DNA from: a virus | Virus record (IMG/VR): IMGVR_UViG_3300028783_000001 | Coordinates: 1 to 64,000 of that record | Length of the DNA stretch: 64,000 bases | Strand: one strand, 5' to 3' | Part shown: positions 29,722 to 38,961 of the stretch, in pieces | Position numbering within the stretch: the stretch's first letter is position 1 | Layout: each line of letters starts with the position of its first letter | The notes under the pieces: model-generated | Database searches by the model: none | Seen by the model: the letters and a program-made list of their open reading frames with translations, nothing else | Told to the model about the DNA's origin: nothing | Position numbers and translations under genes: made by a program

Positions 29722-30291
29722 ATGAAGACCACCACCCGTCGTCCCGCTCCCGCTGCTCCGAGCAGCGTCTCTGCCCCGCCGCGCCCCGCGTCGCGCAATG
29801 CAGCACCGGCTCCCGTCAGCAGAAAGGCTGCTCAGAAGATCGCTGATCGCCACGCCCCACGTGTCAAGGTTGTCACCGGTCGCCCTGTTAAGACTACCCC
29901 TACTACGCGCGGCCGCGTGAAGGCAAAGGTTGCGCGCGTTCGTCCGCCGCTGGAGCTGACGCCCGTTCGCAACGTCATGAATAAGACGGAGCTGCTCCAG
30001 TACATCGTCGACCAGGTTGGACTGGAGCACGTTACCGTTCGCGACATGAAGAAGATTTACGAGGTCCTGGTGGAAACGATACTGGGCTCGCTCGCGCCCA
30101 AGGGTGCGGGAGAGTTTGTGCTTCCTGGAATCGTCAAATTTATGAACGTGAAAAAGCCTGCGACGAAGGGTGGCAAGAAGGCCACCTCACCGTTCACCGG
30201 TGAGGAATATATCACGAAGGCGAAACCTGCGACCATCAAGGTGAAGGCCCGCACGCTAAGCATGGTCAAGCGCGCCGCGACTGGTCAGTGA
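29722..30291 (+). CDS. HU/IHF-family DNA-binding protein with long basic N-terminal tail
   Basis: MNKTELL...FVLPGIVKF...SPFTGEE...KAKPA. Confidence 0.85.
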   Translation: MKTTTRRPAPAAPSSVSAPPRPASRNAAPAPVSRKAAQKIADRHAPRVKVVTGRPVKTTPTTRGRVKAKVARVRPPLELTPVRNVMNKTELLQYIVDQVGLEHVTVRDMKKIYEVLVETILGSLAPKGAGEFVLPGIVKFMNVKKPATKGGKKATSPFTGEEYITKAKPATIKVKARTLSMVKRAATGQ

Positions 30292-30345
30292 TAGCAGGAG
30301 GCGTGGGTCTAGGACCCACGCCTGCAATTCAAAGGGGGAATGTAG

Positions 30346-30774
30346 ATGACAAACTCAACTGCCCTTGCCTACCGCGAGGTGATACGCGACATGAAGGAAC
30401 AAGTCGAGTCGATGTTGAGTGCGATTGCATTCAACGAGTCGATGCTCTCTCAGCTAGAGGCCAACGAATCAGAGACTGGGAACAACAGCGTAACTACGCT
30501 CCACGAAGATGATCTGGCACCGGAGGTGTTCAAGGGTAGCTCAGCTCAGCTTCAGCTTCGGGATCTGATTGTCGATACTATCGAAGCCAACGTCGACAAC
30601 TCCGTGAAGTTTACCGTCCGTGAGATCACCAAGTTGGTGATCTCACCAAAATACGCGTATTCGGCCGCGCTCCAGCAATCGGTTCGCATCATCCTAGAGA
30701 ACCTGGTTGAAATCGGATGGCTGATGCGAACCAAGCAGGATTCTGGGCGAGTCTACTACAACTTAAGGAGATGA
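30346..30774 (+). CDS. putative winged-helix protein
   Basis: KFTVREIT...VRIILENLVEIGWL...GRVYYNL. Confidence 0.55.
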   Translation: MTNSTALAYREVIRDMKEQVESMLSAIAFNESMLSQLEANESETGNNSVTTLHEDDLAPEVFKGSSAQLQLRDLIVDTIEANVDNSVKFTVREITKLVISPKYAYSAALQQSVRIILENLVEIGWLMRTKQDSGRVYYNLRR

Positions 30775-30777
30775 TCC

Positions 30778-31563
30778 ATGTCATCGAAGATAGCTTATGA
30801 GAGATATGCCGACGCGCCGTTGGTTCGTGGTGGGAAAGCCGACTTTGACTCCCTACGAGCCAAGGGATGGGTCATCAACAGCGACTACATGTGGTCGCGC
30901 AGGATAAAGAAGACCGATCCACCCTACTTCACGATCGACGCAAACGTCGGTGGGGGAAACAGCAATCCGAGTCATGGTGCTAAATTCTGGTGCTTCAGGA
31001 CAGCAGCCTACGCGCTCCGCTTTGAACGTGGAGCCTTTAGTGGACTTGGCTGGTTTGACACCGAGCGGATGACGGCATGGCAGGGTGGCGTTTACTGCGG
31101 CCACTACGTCATGGTCGGAAAACGCGTCATGGGTACGATGCACGCTGTCGATCCCTCTTTTAGAGATTGGCGAATATTCAACGTGGCCCTTGTTGGTGTA
31201 AAGGGTGAACATCAGTTCCGACTCCAGGTTGGCTCTGGATCGTTTGCGGTTCCGATTGATCCACCCAAGCCAATGAAAGCAGAGAAGGAACCGGTGGCGG
31301 TGTCCAAACACACATCACCAGATCGCGATATGTATATCGCCGGCTATAAGCAGGGCTTCCGTGACGCGATGGAGCTCAGCGGCAATGTCTGGAATAGGAG
31401 CGCGGAGGCGGCGGCAAAACTTCAGATGCCTCAGATGATGGAAATCATCAATAAGCACCCCAAGATTCGGGCCTCAAAGAAGGGTCCAGTCGCCCCGGCA
31501 GCAAAGGCCAAAACCGAGGCGGAGGCCGATCATTCGGCACTTGACAAGCAGCAAAAAGTCTGA
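30778..31563 (+). CDS. hypothetical protein
   Basis: AAGGAG RBS; 261 aa. Confidence 0.6.
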   Translation: MSSKIAYERYADAPLVRGGKADFDSLRAKGWVINSDYMWSRRIKKTDPPYFTIDANVGGGNSNPSHGAKFWCFRTAAYALRFERGAFSGLGWFDTERMTAWQGGVYCGHYVMVGKRVMGTMHAVDPSFRDWRIFNVALVGVKGEHQFRLQVGSGSFAVPIDPPKPMKAEKEPVAVSKHTSPDRDMYIAGYKQGFRDAMELSGNVWNRSAEAAAKLQMPQMMEIINKHPKIRASKKGPVAPAAKAKTEAEADHSALDKQQKV

Positions 31564-31569
31564 TACACT
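31541..31569 (+). promoter_or_regulatory. sigma70-type promoter
   Basis: TTGACA-17nt-TACACT. Confidence 0.7.
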
Positions 31570-31628
31570 AAACCCAAGGAAGTCCGACTTCCTTGGGTGA
31601 ACTAATCCAACCAAATAGGGGAATTTCA

Positions 31629-32267
31629 ATGTCTAGCAAAAAGCAACAACTCGCGATTATCCACTCGATCCCGGATGAGTACCTCGACCGCGCTATCAAG
31701 GCTGCGGCCAAGATTTTCAGTTTCGATGACGTGTCTGTAGATTTTGCTCTGGAGCACAACCGTCCGAAGAAGCTGCGATTCCTGAGCGTCGTCCCAGACG
31801 TTGACGATCCGGCGAAGAATGAACGCTTCTTCAAAGTGGTGTCCAAGTTTGTCGATACCGCTGCTGAAGATACGCCCGCGCCGCGCCGGGCTGCCGCCAA
31901 AGCCGCTGCTCCGGCGAAGCGTACCCGTGAGACGGAAGCCGAAGTAGGCACCGGCAAGATTGTAATTGCTGCTGACGCAGAGAAGTTGGCTGAAGCATTG
32001 GCTCCTAACAAAGCGCTTGCAACCAAGGGTGCTACTATTCTCTGCACACGCGGAACGTGGAGCGCTGAAGCCGTTCAGGGTAAGGGCGTCATCATCAAGG
32101 GCATCGGCTCCAGCAATATTGCTGGACCGTTGGGTTATCTGCGCAACCGACTTGGTGGAACGCCGTTCCTGCGCAAGGCTCGCGTTTACGTCGAGCTTAC
32201 GGAAGCTCACGCGGCTCGCGCAGGGTTGACTCTGGCCAAGGACGGAACCTACATGATTGAGGAGTAA
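31629..32267 (+). CDS. hypothetical two-domain protein with A/P/K linker
   Basis: GGGGG RBS; own promoter and terminator. Confidence 0.65.
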   Translation: MSSKKQQLAIIHSIPDEYLDRAIKAAAKIFSFDDVSVDFALEHNRPKKLRFLSVVPDVDDPAKNERFFKVVSKFVDTAAEDTPAPRRAAAKAAAPAKRTRETEAEVGTGKIVIAADAEKLAEALAPNKALATKGATILCTRGTWSAEAVQGKGVIIKGIGSSNIAGPLGYLRNRLGGTPFLRKARVYVELTEAHAARAGLTLAKDGTYMIEE

Positions 32268-32280
32268 CAACTGAGTAAAG

Positions 32281-32313
32281 AAAAGAGCCGGGCAGATAAT
32301 GCCCGGCTCTTTT
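32281..32313 (+). terminator. rho-independent terminator
   Basis: AAAAGAGCCGGGCA-GATAA-TGCCCGGCTCTTTT. Confidence 0.8.
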
Positions 32314-32537
32314 CGCACGTCGAAGTTGGGGAAACATAATGGGCATTCACGAACCGAGCAGCCAGCTGATCAAAGCGGTGGAAGATAGGTATATTCATGA
32401 ATGGGATAATGGTCATCAGCCTGAGCTCATACGTTGGATGATCAAGACGATTGATGATGAGCGCCGTCGCGAGCAGGCCGCTCACTCTAAGCGCGCCAAG
32501 CCAGCGGCTTGCATTAAATCCTGATGGAGGTAGAGAC

Positions 32538-34868
32538 GTGAAACAGCCGATGCCTGTAAAGACAGGTTCCGCGCGTAAGCTAGTGGCGAAGCCCTTTTTG
32601 GCAAAGGTTGTGACCAGGCTCACGCCGAAGCAGGTTGCCGCGCTCGTTCAGTTAGGTGAAAAGGGCGTTGTAGCTCTGCTTCGCAAATACGACGACGCCT
32701 ACTACAACAAGGAAGCGCCGTTGGTCGAAGACTCGCGCTACGACGCCATTCGCGAGTGGTTCGCAGAGACCTATCCTCGCAACTCCTACAACGCAAGTGT
32801 TGGAGCACCGCTTCCAGCCAAAATTCAAAAGGAAGAGTTGCCCATCATGATGGGCAGCCTCGGCAAGTTGCGGCCGGCAGATGTTGCCGGCTGGATGCGC
32901 GACGTCGAGAAGGTAATTCCTCAGCCGCATGGTTGGATGCTTCAGCCGAAGTTTGACGGCAGTAGCGTGCTTCTGAAGTACGTGCCGGGAAAGACGGGGC
33001 TCACGTTGGCGAAGGCGTGGCGTCGCGGCAATGGTGACGTTGGTGGTGATGTTACTGCTACAGCGAGGCTCGTACAAGGCGTGCGCCGTGTATTGAACGC
33101 TGCAAGTAGCGTCGACCCAAAGGGCACCTACCTTGTCCGTGTCGAGGTTGTGATGCACCGCTCAATCTTCGACACCTACTATGGAGCAAACGCGCCGAAG
33201 GCTGCTGAGGACACTGACAAACTCGGTAAGGTATACACCGATCCGAGGTCGCTGTGCAATGGCCTCCTCAATCGCATGGATGCTAAGGCTTCCGCAGTAC
33301 AGCTTGGTCGCTGTACGGCCATCGCCTACTACATATTCCGGTGGAATGGGAAAACCTGGGTTCGTCCCACCAACGCTTCCCAGGAACAGCTCCAGCTAAC
33401 CCAGCTGGGGTTTACGACGGGGATGAATCCCACTCGCTATACTGCTGGGCACTTCAAACTGGCCAAGTGGGCTAAGGATGGTGACCTGCCGATGAGCCGT
33501 ATGCTCCCGGCCCATTCAATCGATGGGAATATCGGAAGCCTGTGCAAGTTTGACAAGACGCCGACGATTGCTGAGATTGTCGAGCGTCTGAACACGATCA
33601 AGCGCTCTATCGACGTTCCAATCGATGGGCTCGTGATCCAGCCAATGCTAAACGCGCCCTTCCAGAAGAAGGGAGACCACTTGGCGAAGCATCCATTCTT
33701 CGTCAAGTCGATCAAGCTAGACGCGCACGAACAAGATCACGTTGATACCAAGGCCGGCGTTATCAACGCCGACATATCCAAGCGTGGGTTGCTGAAGCCC
33801 GTTCTCGAACTGAACCCGCCGGTAATGTTTGGTGGCGTCGAGGTTACAAACGTCACGCTAAACAACTTCGCTCATGTGGTCAAGTGGGGGCTCCGGCCAG
33901 GTAGGCCGGTGCGCATCGTCCGAAGCGGCGACGTCATACCGCGCCTGGTTGCGGTGTTCGACAAGGGCAAGTGGATGCCGCTGCAGCTTCGTAAGACAAC
34001 CAAGATGGGTGACGGCATGGAGGCGTCGCGCATAGTTGCCCTACCAGGGATCAGCGATCCCAAGATTGCAGCGTCGCTGCCGAAGGTGTGTCCCGCGTGC
34101 AAGACGAAGCTCACGTGGACCAAGACGAATGGTAAGCAGATCGACCTCTGCTGTACAAACGTTAAATGCCCCGGTCGCCACGGTCAAGCGGTGGTGAGCT
34201 TCTTCCGCACGCTCGGTATCGAAGACGTAGCGGGCGCGACGATCAACGACATGGTCGCGGACGGCATGAATACGGTTCAGAAGATCCTGCGTGGCGCGAC
34301 CGCTGAGCGCCTCGCGAAGTTGGAAAGGTATGGAGAGAAGAAGGCTAAGACCGTGTCGGTAGCGATTGCTGGAATCCTAAAAAATAAGCCGTTGGCGAAG
34401 GTGATGCACGCGAGCGGCATATTCAGCTCACCGACTTTCTCTATGGGCGAAACAAGGCTGCAAGCAATCGTCGACGGTGTTGGCGCAGGCAAGATTGCCC
34501 GTGAAAGCGACATGATAATCCGTCGTAAGCTGGCGACGCTGAAAGGTCTCGGCCCTTCTGGAATCGATCTCTTCATCCAGAAGCTGGGGGAGTGGCGTAA
34601 GTTTTACGATACGATCAAGGATTTACACACAGAGAGCAGCGGCCCCAAGACGTTGAAGGGCATCACGGCGTGCTTCACCGGGTTCCGCTCACCGGAGATG
34701 GAGGGCTATATCATGTCTCGTGGCGGTCGCGTGGCCGGCATGAGCAAGCTGGTATCAGTTCTTTTTGCAGCATCATCTTCGAAGAAGACGGCCAAGGCTG
34801 ACGAGTATGGAATCCCAGTCGTAACTGAAGGCAAGGCTTGGGAGTGGCTGAAAGAGAGGGGAGGCTAA
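32538..34868 (+). CDS. ligA: NAD+-dependent DNA ligase
   Basis: YDDAYY...DSRYD (domain Ia), KFDG, RRGNG..G.DVT, IDGLV, RSGDVIP, CPAC..C..C Zn finger, HhH, C-terminal BRCT (CFTGFR). Confidence 0.92.
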   Translation: MKQPMPVKTGSARKLVAKPFLAKVVTRLTPKQVAALVQLGEKGVVALLRKYDDAYYNKEAPLVEDSRYDAIREWFAETYPRNSYNASVGAPLPAKIQKEELPIMMGSLGKLRPADVAGWMRDVEKVIPQPHGWMLQPKFDGSSVLLKYVPGKTGLTLAKAWRRGNGDVGGDVTATARLVQGVRRVLNAASSVDPKGTYLVRVEVVMHRSIFDTYYGANAPKAAEDTDKLGKVYTDPRSLCNGLLNRMDAKASAVQLGRCTAIAYYIFRWNGKTWVRPTNASQEQLQLTQLGFTTGMNPTRYTAGHFKLAKWAKDGDLPMSRMLPAHSIDGNIGSLCKFDKTPTIAEIVERLNTIKRSIDVPIDGLVIQPMLNAPFQKKGDHLAKHPFFVKSIKLDAHEQDHVDTKAGVINADISKRGLLKPVLELNPPVMFGGVEVTNVTLNNFAHVVKWGLRPGRPVRIVRSGDVIPRLVAVFDKGKWMPLQLRKTTKMGDGMEASRIVALPGISDPKIAASLPKVCPACKTKLTWTKTNGKQIDLCCTNVKCPGRHGQAVVSFFRTLGIEDVAGATINDMVADGMNTVQKILRGATAERLAKLERYGEKKAKTVSVAIAGILKNKPLAKVMHASGIFSSPTFSMGETRLQAIVDGVGAGKIARESDMIIRRKLATLKGLGPSGIDLFIQKLGEWRKFYDTIKDLHTESSGPKTLKGITACFTGFRSPEMEGYIMSRGGRVAGMSKLVSVLFAASSSKKTAKADEYGIPVVTEGKAWEWLKERGG

Positions 34869-35051
34869 CATGGGTGGTCGATTCTTCTTCTACTACCGTC
34901 ACCGCGGTGTGATGTGTTACTGCTATACCGACGACAACGACAACTACATACCAAGCTGCGTTTGGTGGATAATCCCCGGTCTGGCGGAGATGGATGCCGC
35001 CGCCGAGGATCGGGCCAACCATGAGTGGAAGCGTATGAAGGGAGAGAAGTT

Positions 35052-35288
35052 ATGCGCCTAACGCTGAAGAAGGGTGAGAAGGTTGAGATTACGCTAGACG
35101 ATACCGACGGCGTATTCACCTTCACGTATGGAACCGATGGTCCATCGGGAGAACATACGTATTTTGTCCGCGTAGAATGCGACATTCCCGATGACAAGGG
35201 GCGTGAGGGAGTACTCTACGAGGAGACTGGGCCTTCGTTTCGTATTTTTCCGTTCAGTATTTTTCCGTTCAATTGGCGCGGAGAATAA
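35052..35288 (+). CDS. hypothetical protein
   Basis: GGAG RBS (MRLTLKKG); 15-nt tandem duplication 35242-35271 in the 3' end. Confidence 0.55.
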   Translation: MRLTLKKGEKVEITLDDTDGVFTFTYGTDGPSGEHTYFVRVECDIPDDKGREGVLYEETGPSFRIFPFSIFPFNWRGE

Positions 35289-35290
35289 CA

Positions 35291-35566
35291 ATGTTTGACA
35301 AGGCAAGAATGCTGGTAGGAACGCTGTTAGCGTGGGTTGGCTTTAGGATCATGCCAGCTCCGATGAGCGACATAGCTGCGCTCATGTCGATTCCGATGGA
35401 AATCCTAAACGCGATGGAGCGAGGGCGCACATTTGGAGTCGTGACGATTCCGTGGGGCGAGTTGGAGCCGTCTAAGCGAATGAGCGATGCCGCTACCGAC
35501 GCCCTCAGACAGGAGCGGCATTATATCGAGTCTGAAATTCGGCTACGTGAATCTGGAGAGAAGTGA
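35291..35566 (+). CDS. hypothetical protein
   Basis: GGAG RBS. Confidence 0.55.
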   Translation: MFDKARMLVGTLLAWVGFRIMPAPMSDIAALMSIPMEILNAMERGRTFGVVTIPWGELEPSKRMSDAATDALRQERHYIESEIRLRESGEK

Positions 35567-35832
35567 TGAAGCTAATCGTTCAAGAGCCTACTAATACGCC
35601 GCAGCGCAGGGTCTGGATAATCTCCCCAGAAGAGCTGAAGGGCATTCTCATCGACGCCATCGATAAGGACGGTCGCCTGTTTGGCGACTGCGACGATCAC
35701 TCCAACATCAAGGTGAGCGCGCTATCAGGCGCATATGGAGAGCTACTCCGGGTTCAGGTAATCGCTGATGACGTCAACCTTGACTGGGTAGATGTTAAAC
35801 CTGTACCACGCTCGTTTCATGGACTAGGCTAA
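35563..35832 (+). CDS. hypothetical protein
   Basis: GTGA overlap. Confidence 0.55.
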   Translation: MMKLIVQEPTNTPQRRVWIISPEELKGILIDAIDKDGRLFGDCDDHSNIKVSALSGAYGELLRVQVIADDVNLDWVDVKPVPRSFHGLG

Positions 35833-36015
35833 ACTTCAGCTGGAGGGAGATAGATGTTGACTGAAGCTTTATGGCAGCTATTAGGCGTAGTAGTATTCTT
35901 TCTCCTAGCAGTAGTAGTGCTGAAAATCGGAGATAGGAAATGAGCGCGCTATCAGGCGCATATGGAGAGCTACTCCGGGTTCAGGTAATCGCTGATGACG
36001 TCAACCTTGACTGGG
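35714..36015 (+). repeat. perfect 75-nt direct repeat (35714-35788 and 35941-36015)
   Basis: TGAGCGCGCTATCAGG...CCTTGACTGGG identical in both copies. Confidence 0.95.
35854..35943 (+). CDS. 29-aa single-TM micropeptide
   Basis: GGAGGG RBS; MLTEALWQLLGVVVFFLLAVVVLKIGDRK. Confidence 0.45.
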   Translation: MLTEALWQLLGVVVFFLLAVVVLKIGDRK

Positions 36016-36037
36016 CCGAGGTAAAGGGAGGGAGTAA

Positions 36038-36301
36038 ATGAAGATTATCAAGCTGAGAAGCAATCGAACCGAGAGGTTTATCTGGATTCCCATCTCAGAG
36101 GTTGGGGTATTTTACGGCACCTCGCCGCGAGGCGAATCTGTCTCGACGACAATTCACTCCCGCAATGACGATTTCACCGTACGGGAGACCCCAGAGCAGA
36201 TCATCTTGCTGATAGCCAGAGCGGCCGATTACGACCGCACCACTGTGGTCGTCAGTATCGACGTTGGTGACGGAAGTGAGATAAAGGTAGACTGCTATTG
36301 A
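36038..36301 (+). CDS. hypothetical protein
   Basis: GGAGG RBS; TVRETPEQI motif. Confidence 0.55.
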   Translation: MKIIKLRSNRTERFIWIPISEVGVFYGTSPRGESVSTTIHSRNDDFTVRETPEQIILLIARAADYDRTTVVVSIDVGDGSEIKVDCY

Positions 36302-36329
36302 TGAGTAAATGGGCGGTAGGAGATTCAAT

Positions 36330-36791
36330 ATGAAAAGCATACGGCAAACGTTGGTCGACCAATATCGAAAGATTGATCCATCGCTGTCCGAGCGTGACGC
36401 CAACAATCGAGTTACCGACTTTGGCATAATCACGGGTACGGCAAACGAGCGGCAGAAGCGCTTTCTGAGCCTGGTTTCCGACGCGGCAAACCTAGCGCTA
36501 GCCGAGCGTGTTGTGCAGGCGATGCAGCAGATCATGCCTCCTGAGCGCATCTACTCACGTGATCTTGCGGTTTTGATGTTGATCATCATTAACATCATGC
36601 TCAAGGTGGAGGACGATAAGCAAGACACCTTCCTGGAGGATTATTTCCAGGCGACATCAATGATGCTGCGCCTCTCTCGGTTGGAGGATGACAAGCCAAT
36701 CGATCCTGGCGTAGAGGAGCGAGCCCACAAGGCTGCGTCCGACATGGACGATATCCTGAAGTGGTTTCCTCACGCCAAGGCCGATGAGTAA
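36330..36791 (+). CDS. hypothetical helical protein
   Basis: AGGAG RBS; flanked by TGAGTAAA motifs. Confidence 0.6.
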   Translation: MKSIRQTLVDQYRKIDPSLSERDANNRVTDFGIITGTANERQKRFLSLVSDAANLALAERVVQAMQQIMPPERIYSRDLAVLMLIIINIMLKVEDDKQDTFLEDYFQATSMMLRLSRLEDDKPIDPGVEERAHKAASDMDDILKWFPHAKADE

Positions 36792-36884
36792 ATAACCAAA
36801 GCAAAGGGCTGTGGCGCGGGTTAACATGTCGCGGGCGGCAGAGGTAATACGCATAACTGAGGAGAGTAAATAGGGAGGGTAGTC

Positions 36885-37085
36885 ATGACCTACGCTCAAG
36901 CGGAGCAAACCGTGTTTGCGAAGTTTAAGGAGATTGTAACTGAGCCGGTCAGCAAGTATGGATTCGGCGACGTAGGCGACGTGCTCATAGAGTTTTTGTG
37001 CGGACGCATTGGCCCGCGCGACGCCATTGAGCAAATGGAAGAGTTGCGACAGTTTTACGCCCGGAGAGGATTCTTACCGGACTGA
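36885..37085 (+). CDS. hypothetical protein
   Basis: GGGAGG RBS. Confidence 0.55.
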   Translation: MTYAQAEQTVFAKFKEIVTEPVSKYGFGDVGDVLIEFLCGRIGPRDAIEQMEELRQFYARRGFLPD

Positions 37086-37166
37086 GTAAATAAACTCGCG
37101 TAAGAGATTCGGCACGGGAACCGGCCCGACCGTGCTGCATATACCAGGGTCATAGCAAAGGGAAAA

Positions 37167-37631
37167 ATGAACATGGGTTTCTTTGACAACTTCTTCGGTA
37201 GCGCGAAACGCACTATCGCAGTCTACACCAACGACTACACCTTCCTGCATGCGGCTACCGCTGCTGCAGCGTTGGTCATCAATGCCGACGGCGTGGTCGA
37301 GAAGGCCGAGGTCGATTCGGCCCTGGAGGGTTTGCTCAACAATGAGATTCTCAAGGGCTCGTTTAAGAGCCTGGAGATTTCATCGTCGCTGACGGAGGCC
37401 ATCGGCCGGTCAAAGACTCGCTCCGGCAAGGTGGTTCTGAACCGTCAGCTGGAAGACCTCGCGGATCGTCCCGAAACGCAGCGCCAGGACGTGTTCCTGA
37501 TCGCCGCCGACGTTGGTGATACTGACAAGGAAACTGACGACCAACCCGGTATCGGCACCGCCGAACTAGCCGTTTTGAACGCCGTCGGCAAGCTGCTCGG
37601 CCTCGACGCTAACAAGCTTCTCGCTGCCTAA
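37167..37631 (+). CDS. terB: TerB-family protein
   Basis: AAAALVINADGVVEKAE; helical TerB pattern ending E...L...LGLD. Confidence 0.8.
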   Translation: MNMGFFDNFFGSAKRTIAVYTNDYTFLHAATAAAALVINADGVVEKAEVDSALEGLLNNEILKGSFKSLEISSSLTEAIGRSKTRSGKVVLNRQLEDLADRPETQRQDVFLIAADVGDTDKETDDQPGIGTAELAVLNAVGKLLGLDANKLLAA

Positions 37632-37750
37632 CAGGGAGTGAGGTAGGGAGTCGAGCGGCGTTGGTGATGGCGTCTCATTTAGGTGAGCGTGAGCCTTGAG
37701 TGATCGGGTTTTATGGTGCCGCTCGACTTTCCTTAAACTGGAGACGCCTT

Positions 37751-38401
37751 ATGTTCCACACTCTAATGCTACTCATCGCAATCGTTTGGATTAACCTACT
37801 GTTATCTGGTGACAACGCGATCGTCATAAGCATGGCGTGCAGGAATATTCCTCTAGAGCAGCGGAGGGTGGGGATTGGTATTGGCGCTGGCGTCGCCGTT
37901 GCCCTACGACTCGTGCTCCTGTTCGCGGCGTCGTGGGTCCTACTTGTTCCAGGAGTTAAGTTGGCTTGTGGAGCCTTCCTCTTCTGGGTGGCGCTTGGTA
38001 TGCTACCCACGGGCGTTGAGGAACCTGTAGATGTATCGAAGGCACCTGGCAAGCTGCTAGCTGCGGTATGGACGGTGGCCATCGCAGACGTTACGATGAG
38101 CACCGACAACGTCGCTGCCGTCGCAGCAATCGCCAGCGGCAATTACACGCTGCTGGTGATCGGCATGCTGATCAGCATTCCGTTTGTCGTGATTGGCGCA
38201 ACGCTAATCTCGAAGGTGCTGGAGTTGTTTCCGATAATGGTTGTCGCTGGTGCAGCCCTTCTGGGCTACCTTGCGGCGACTACACTAGCGAGCGATCCGC
38301 TCGTCGCCATACCTTCTCCGTACTCAGTATTTAGCGGACTGGTAATCGCGGCAATCTTCGCAATGCTTGGCTTCCACCGACAATTGGTGCTGAGTAAATA
38401 G
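37751..38401 (+). CDS. terC: TerC/YjbE-family membrane protein
   Basis: INLLLSGDNAIVISMACRNIP, IADVTMSTDNVAAVAA, GMLISIP. Confidence 0.88.
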   Translation: MFHTLMLLIAIVWINLLLSGDNAIVISMACRNIPLEQRRVGIGIGAGVAVALRLVLLFAASWVLLVPGVKLACGAFLFWVALGMLPTGVEEPVDVSKAPGKLLAAVWTVAIADVTMSTDNVAAVAAIASGNYTLLVIGMLISIPFVVIGATLISKVLELFPIMVVAGAALLGYLAATTLASDPLVAIPSPYSVFSGLVIAAIFAMLGFHRQLVLSK

Positions 38402-38480
38402 GGGTTCTAGAATTAGTCGCAGGGATGACCCTACCTGGACTGATACGTCAACAGGGTCATTACGAAAAAGGGAATGTAAC

Positions 38481-38882
38481 ATGACTGGCAAGAATCACAG
38501 CAACGATCACGTCGCTCCTCCGGCCACCACCGAGACTCCGGTGACGGAAACTCCGGTCGAGGTCGTGCAGACGGCACAGACCGAAACGCAGCCGACGGCT
38601 GAGGCAACCACAACCGAGGTTCCGGTTACTGGTCCGGTGCCGGACGAAACGATTGCCCAGGCGACGGCTGAGACGATTAAGGTCACGCTGATTGGCGCGC
38701 TCGATGCGCTCTATGAGGGACCTGCCGGCAAGACTCTCAAGGACATGATCCCTGAGCTCGCCGGCACGAAGAAGTATCAGGCGCGCGAAATCATCGACGG
38801 CAAGGCGAAGATGATCAGCCAAGTCGTTCCTTGGATGCACTCTGCCACGATCAAGACGGTTGAGCACGCAGTTCACGGGTAG
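38481..38882 (+). CDS. putative ubiquitin-like (beta-grasp) protein with T/E/P-rich N-terminal tail and C-terminal Gly
   Basis: Last ~68 aa IKVTLIG...PAGKTLKDMIPEL...IIDG...ATIKTVEHAVHG-stop follow the ThiS/MoaD/Ub pattern; two genes upstream of an E1. Confidence 0.6.
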   Translation: MTGKNHSNDHVAPPATTETPVTETPVEVVQTAQTETQPTAEATTTEVPVTGPVPDETIAQATAETIKVTLIGALDALYEGPAGKTLKDMIPELAGTKKYQAREIIDGKAKMISQVVPWMHSATIKTVEHAVHG

Positions 38883-38909
38883 TCGTGATTGCAATTAGGT
38901 AAGTAGCGT

Positions 38910-38940
38910 AGCGTCGTGGGATTCTGTCCCACGACGCTTT
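38910..38940 (+). terminator. stem-loop (partial terminator) after the Ubl gene
   Basis: AGCGTCGTGGGA-TTCTG-TCCCACGACGCT then TT. Confidence 0.6.
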
Positions 38941-38961
38941 CATCGTTTCAAGGGGAACACC

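Noticed and set aside
35242-35271. 15-nt tandem repeat as a regulatory site
   Set aside because: In-frame duplication in a gene's 3' end with no other copies; likely neutral slippage
35714-36015. Possible CRISPR array or attachment site
   Set aside because: Only two copies, 75 nt, derived from coding sequence; no cas gene or integrase nearby
37632-37750. yybP-ykoY riboswitch or tRNA call
   Set aside because: Conserved riboswitch loop sequences and a tRNA T-arm/cloverleaf are not recognisable; kept only as an unassigned structure
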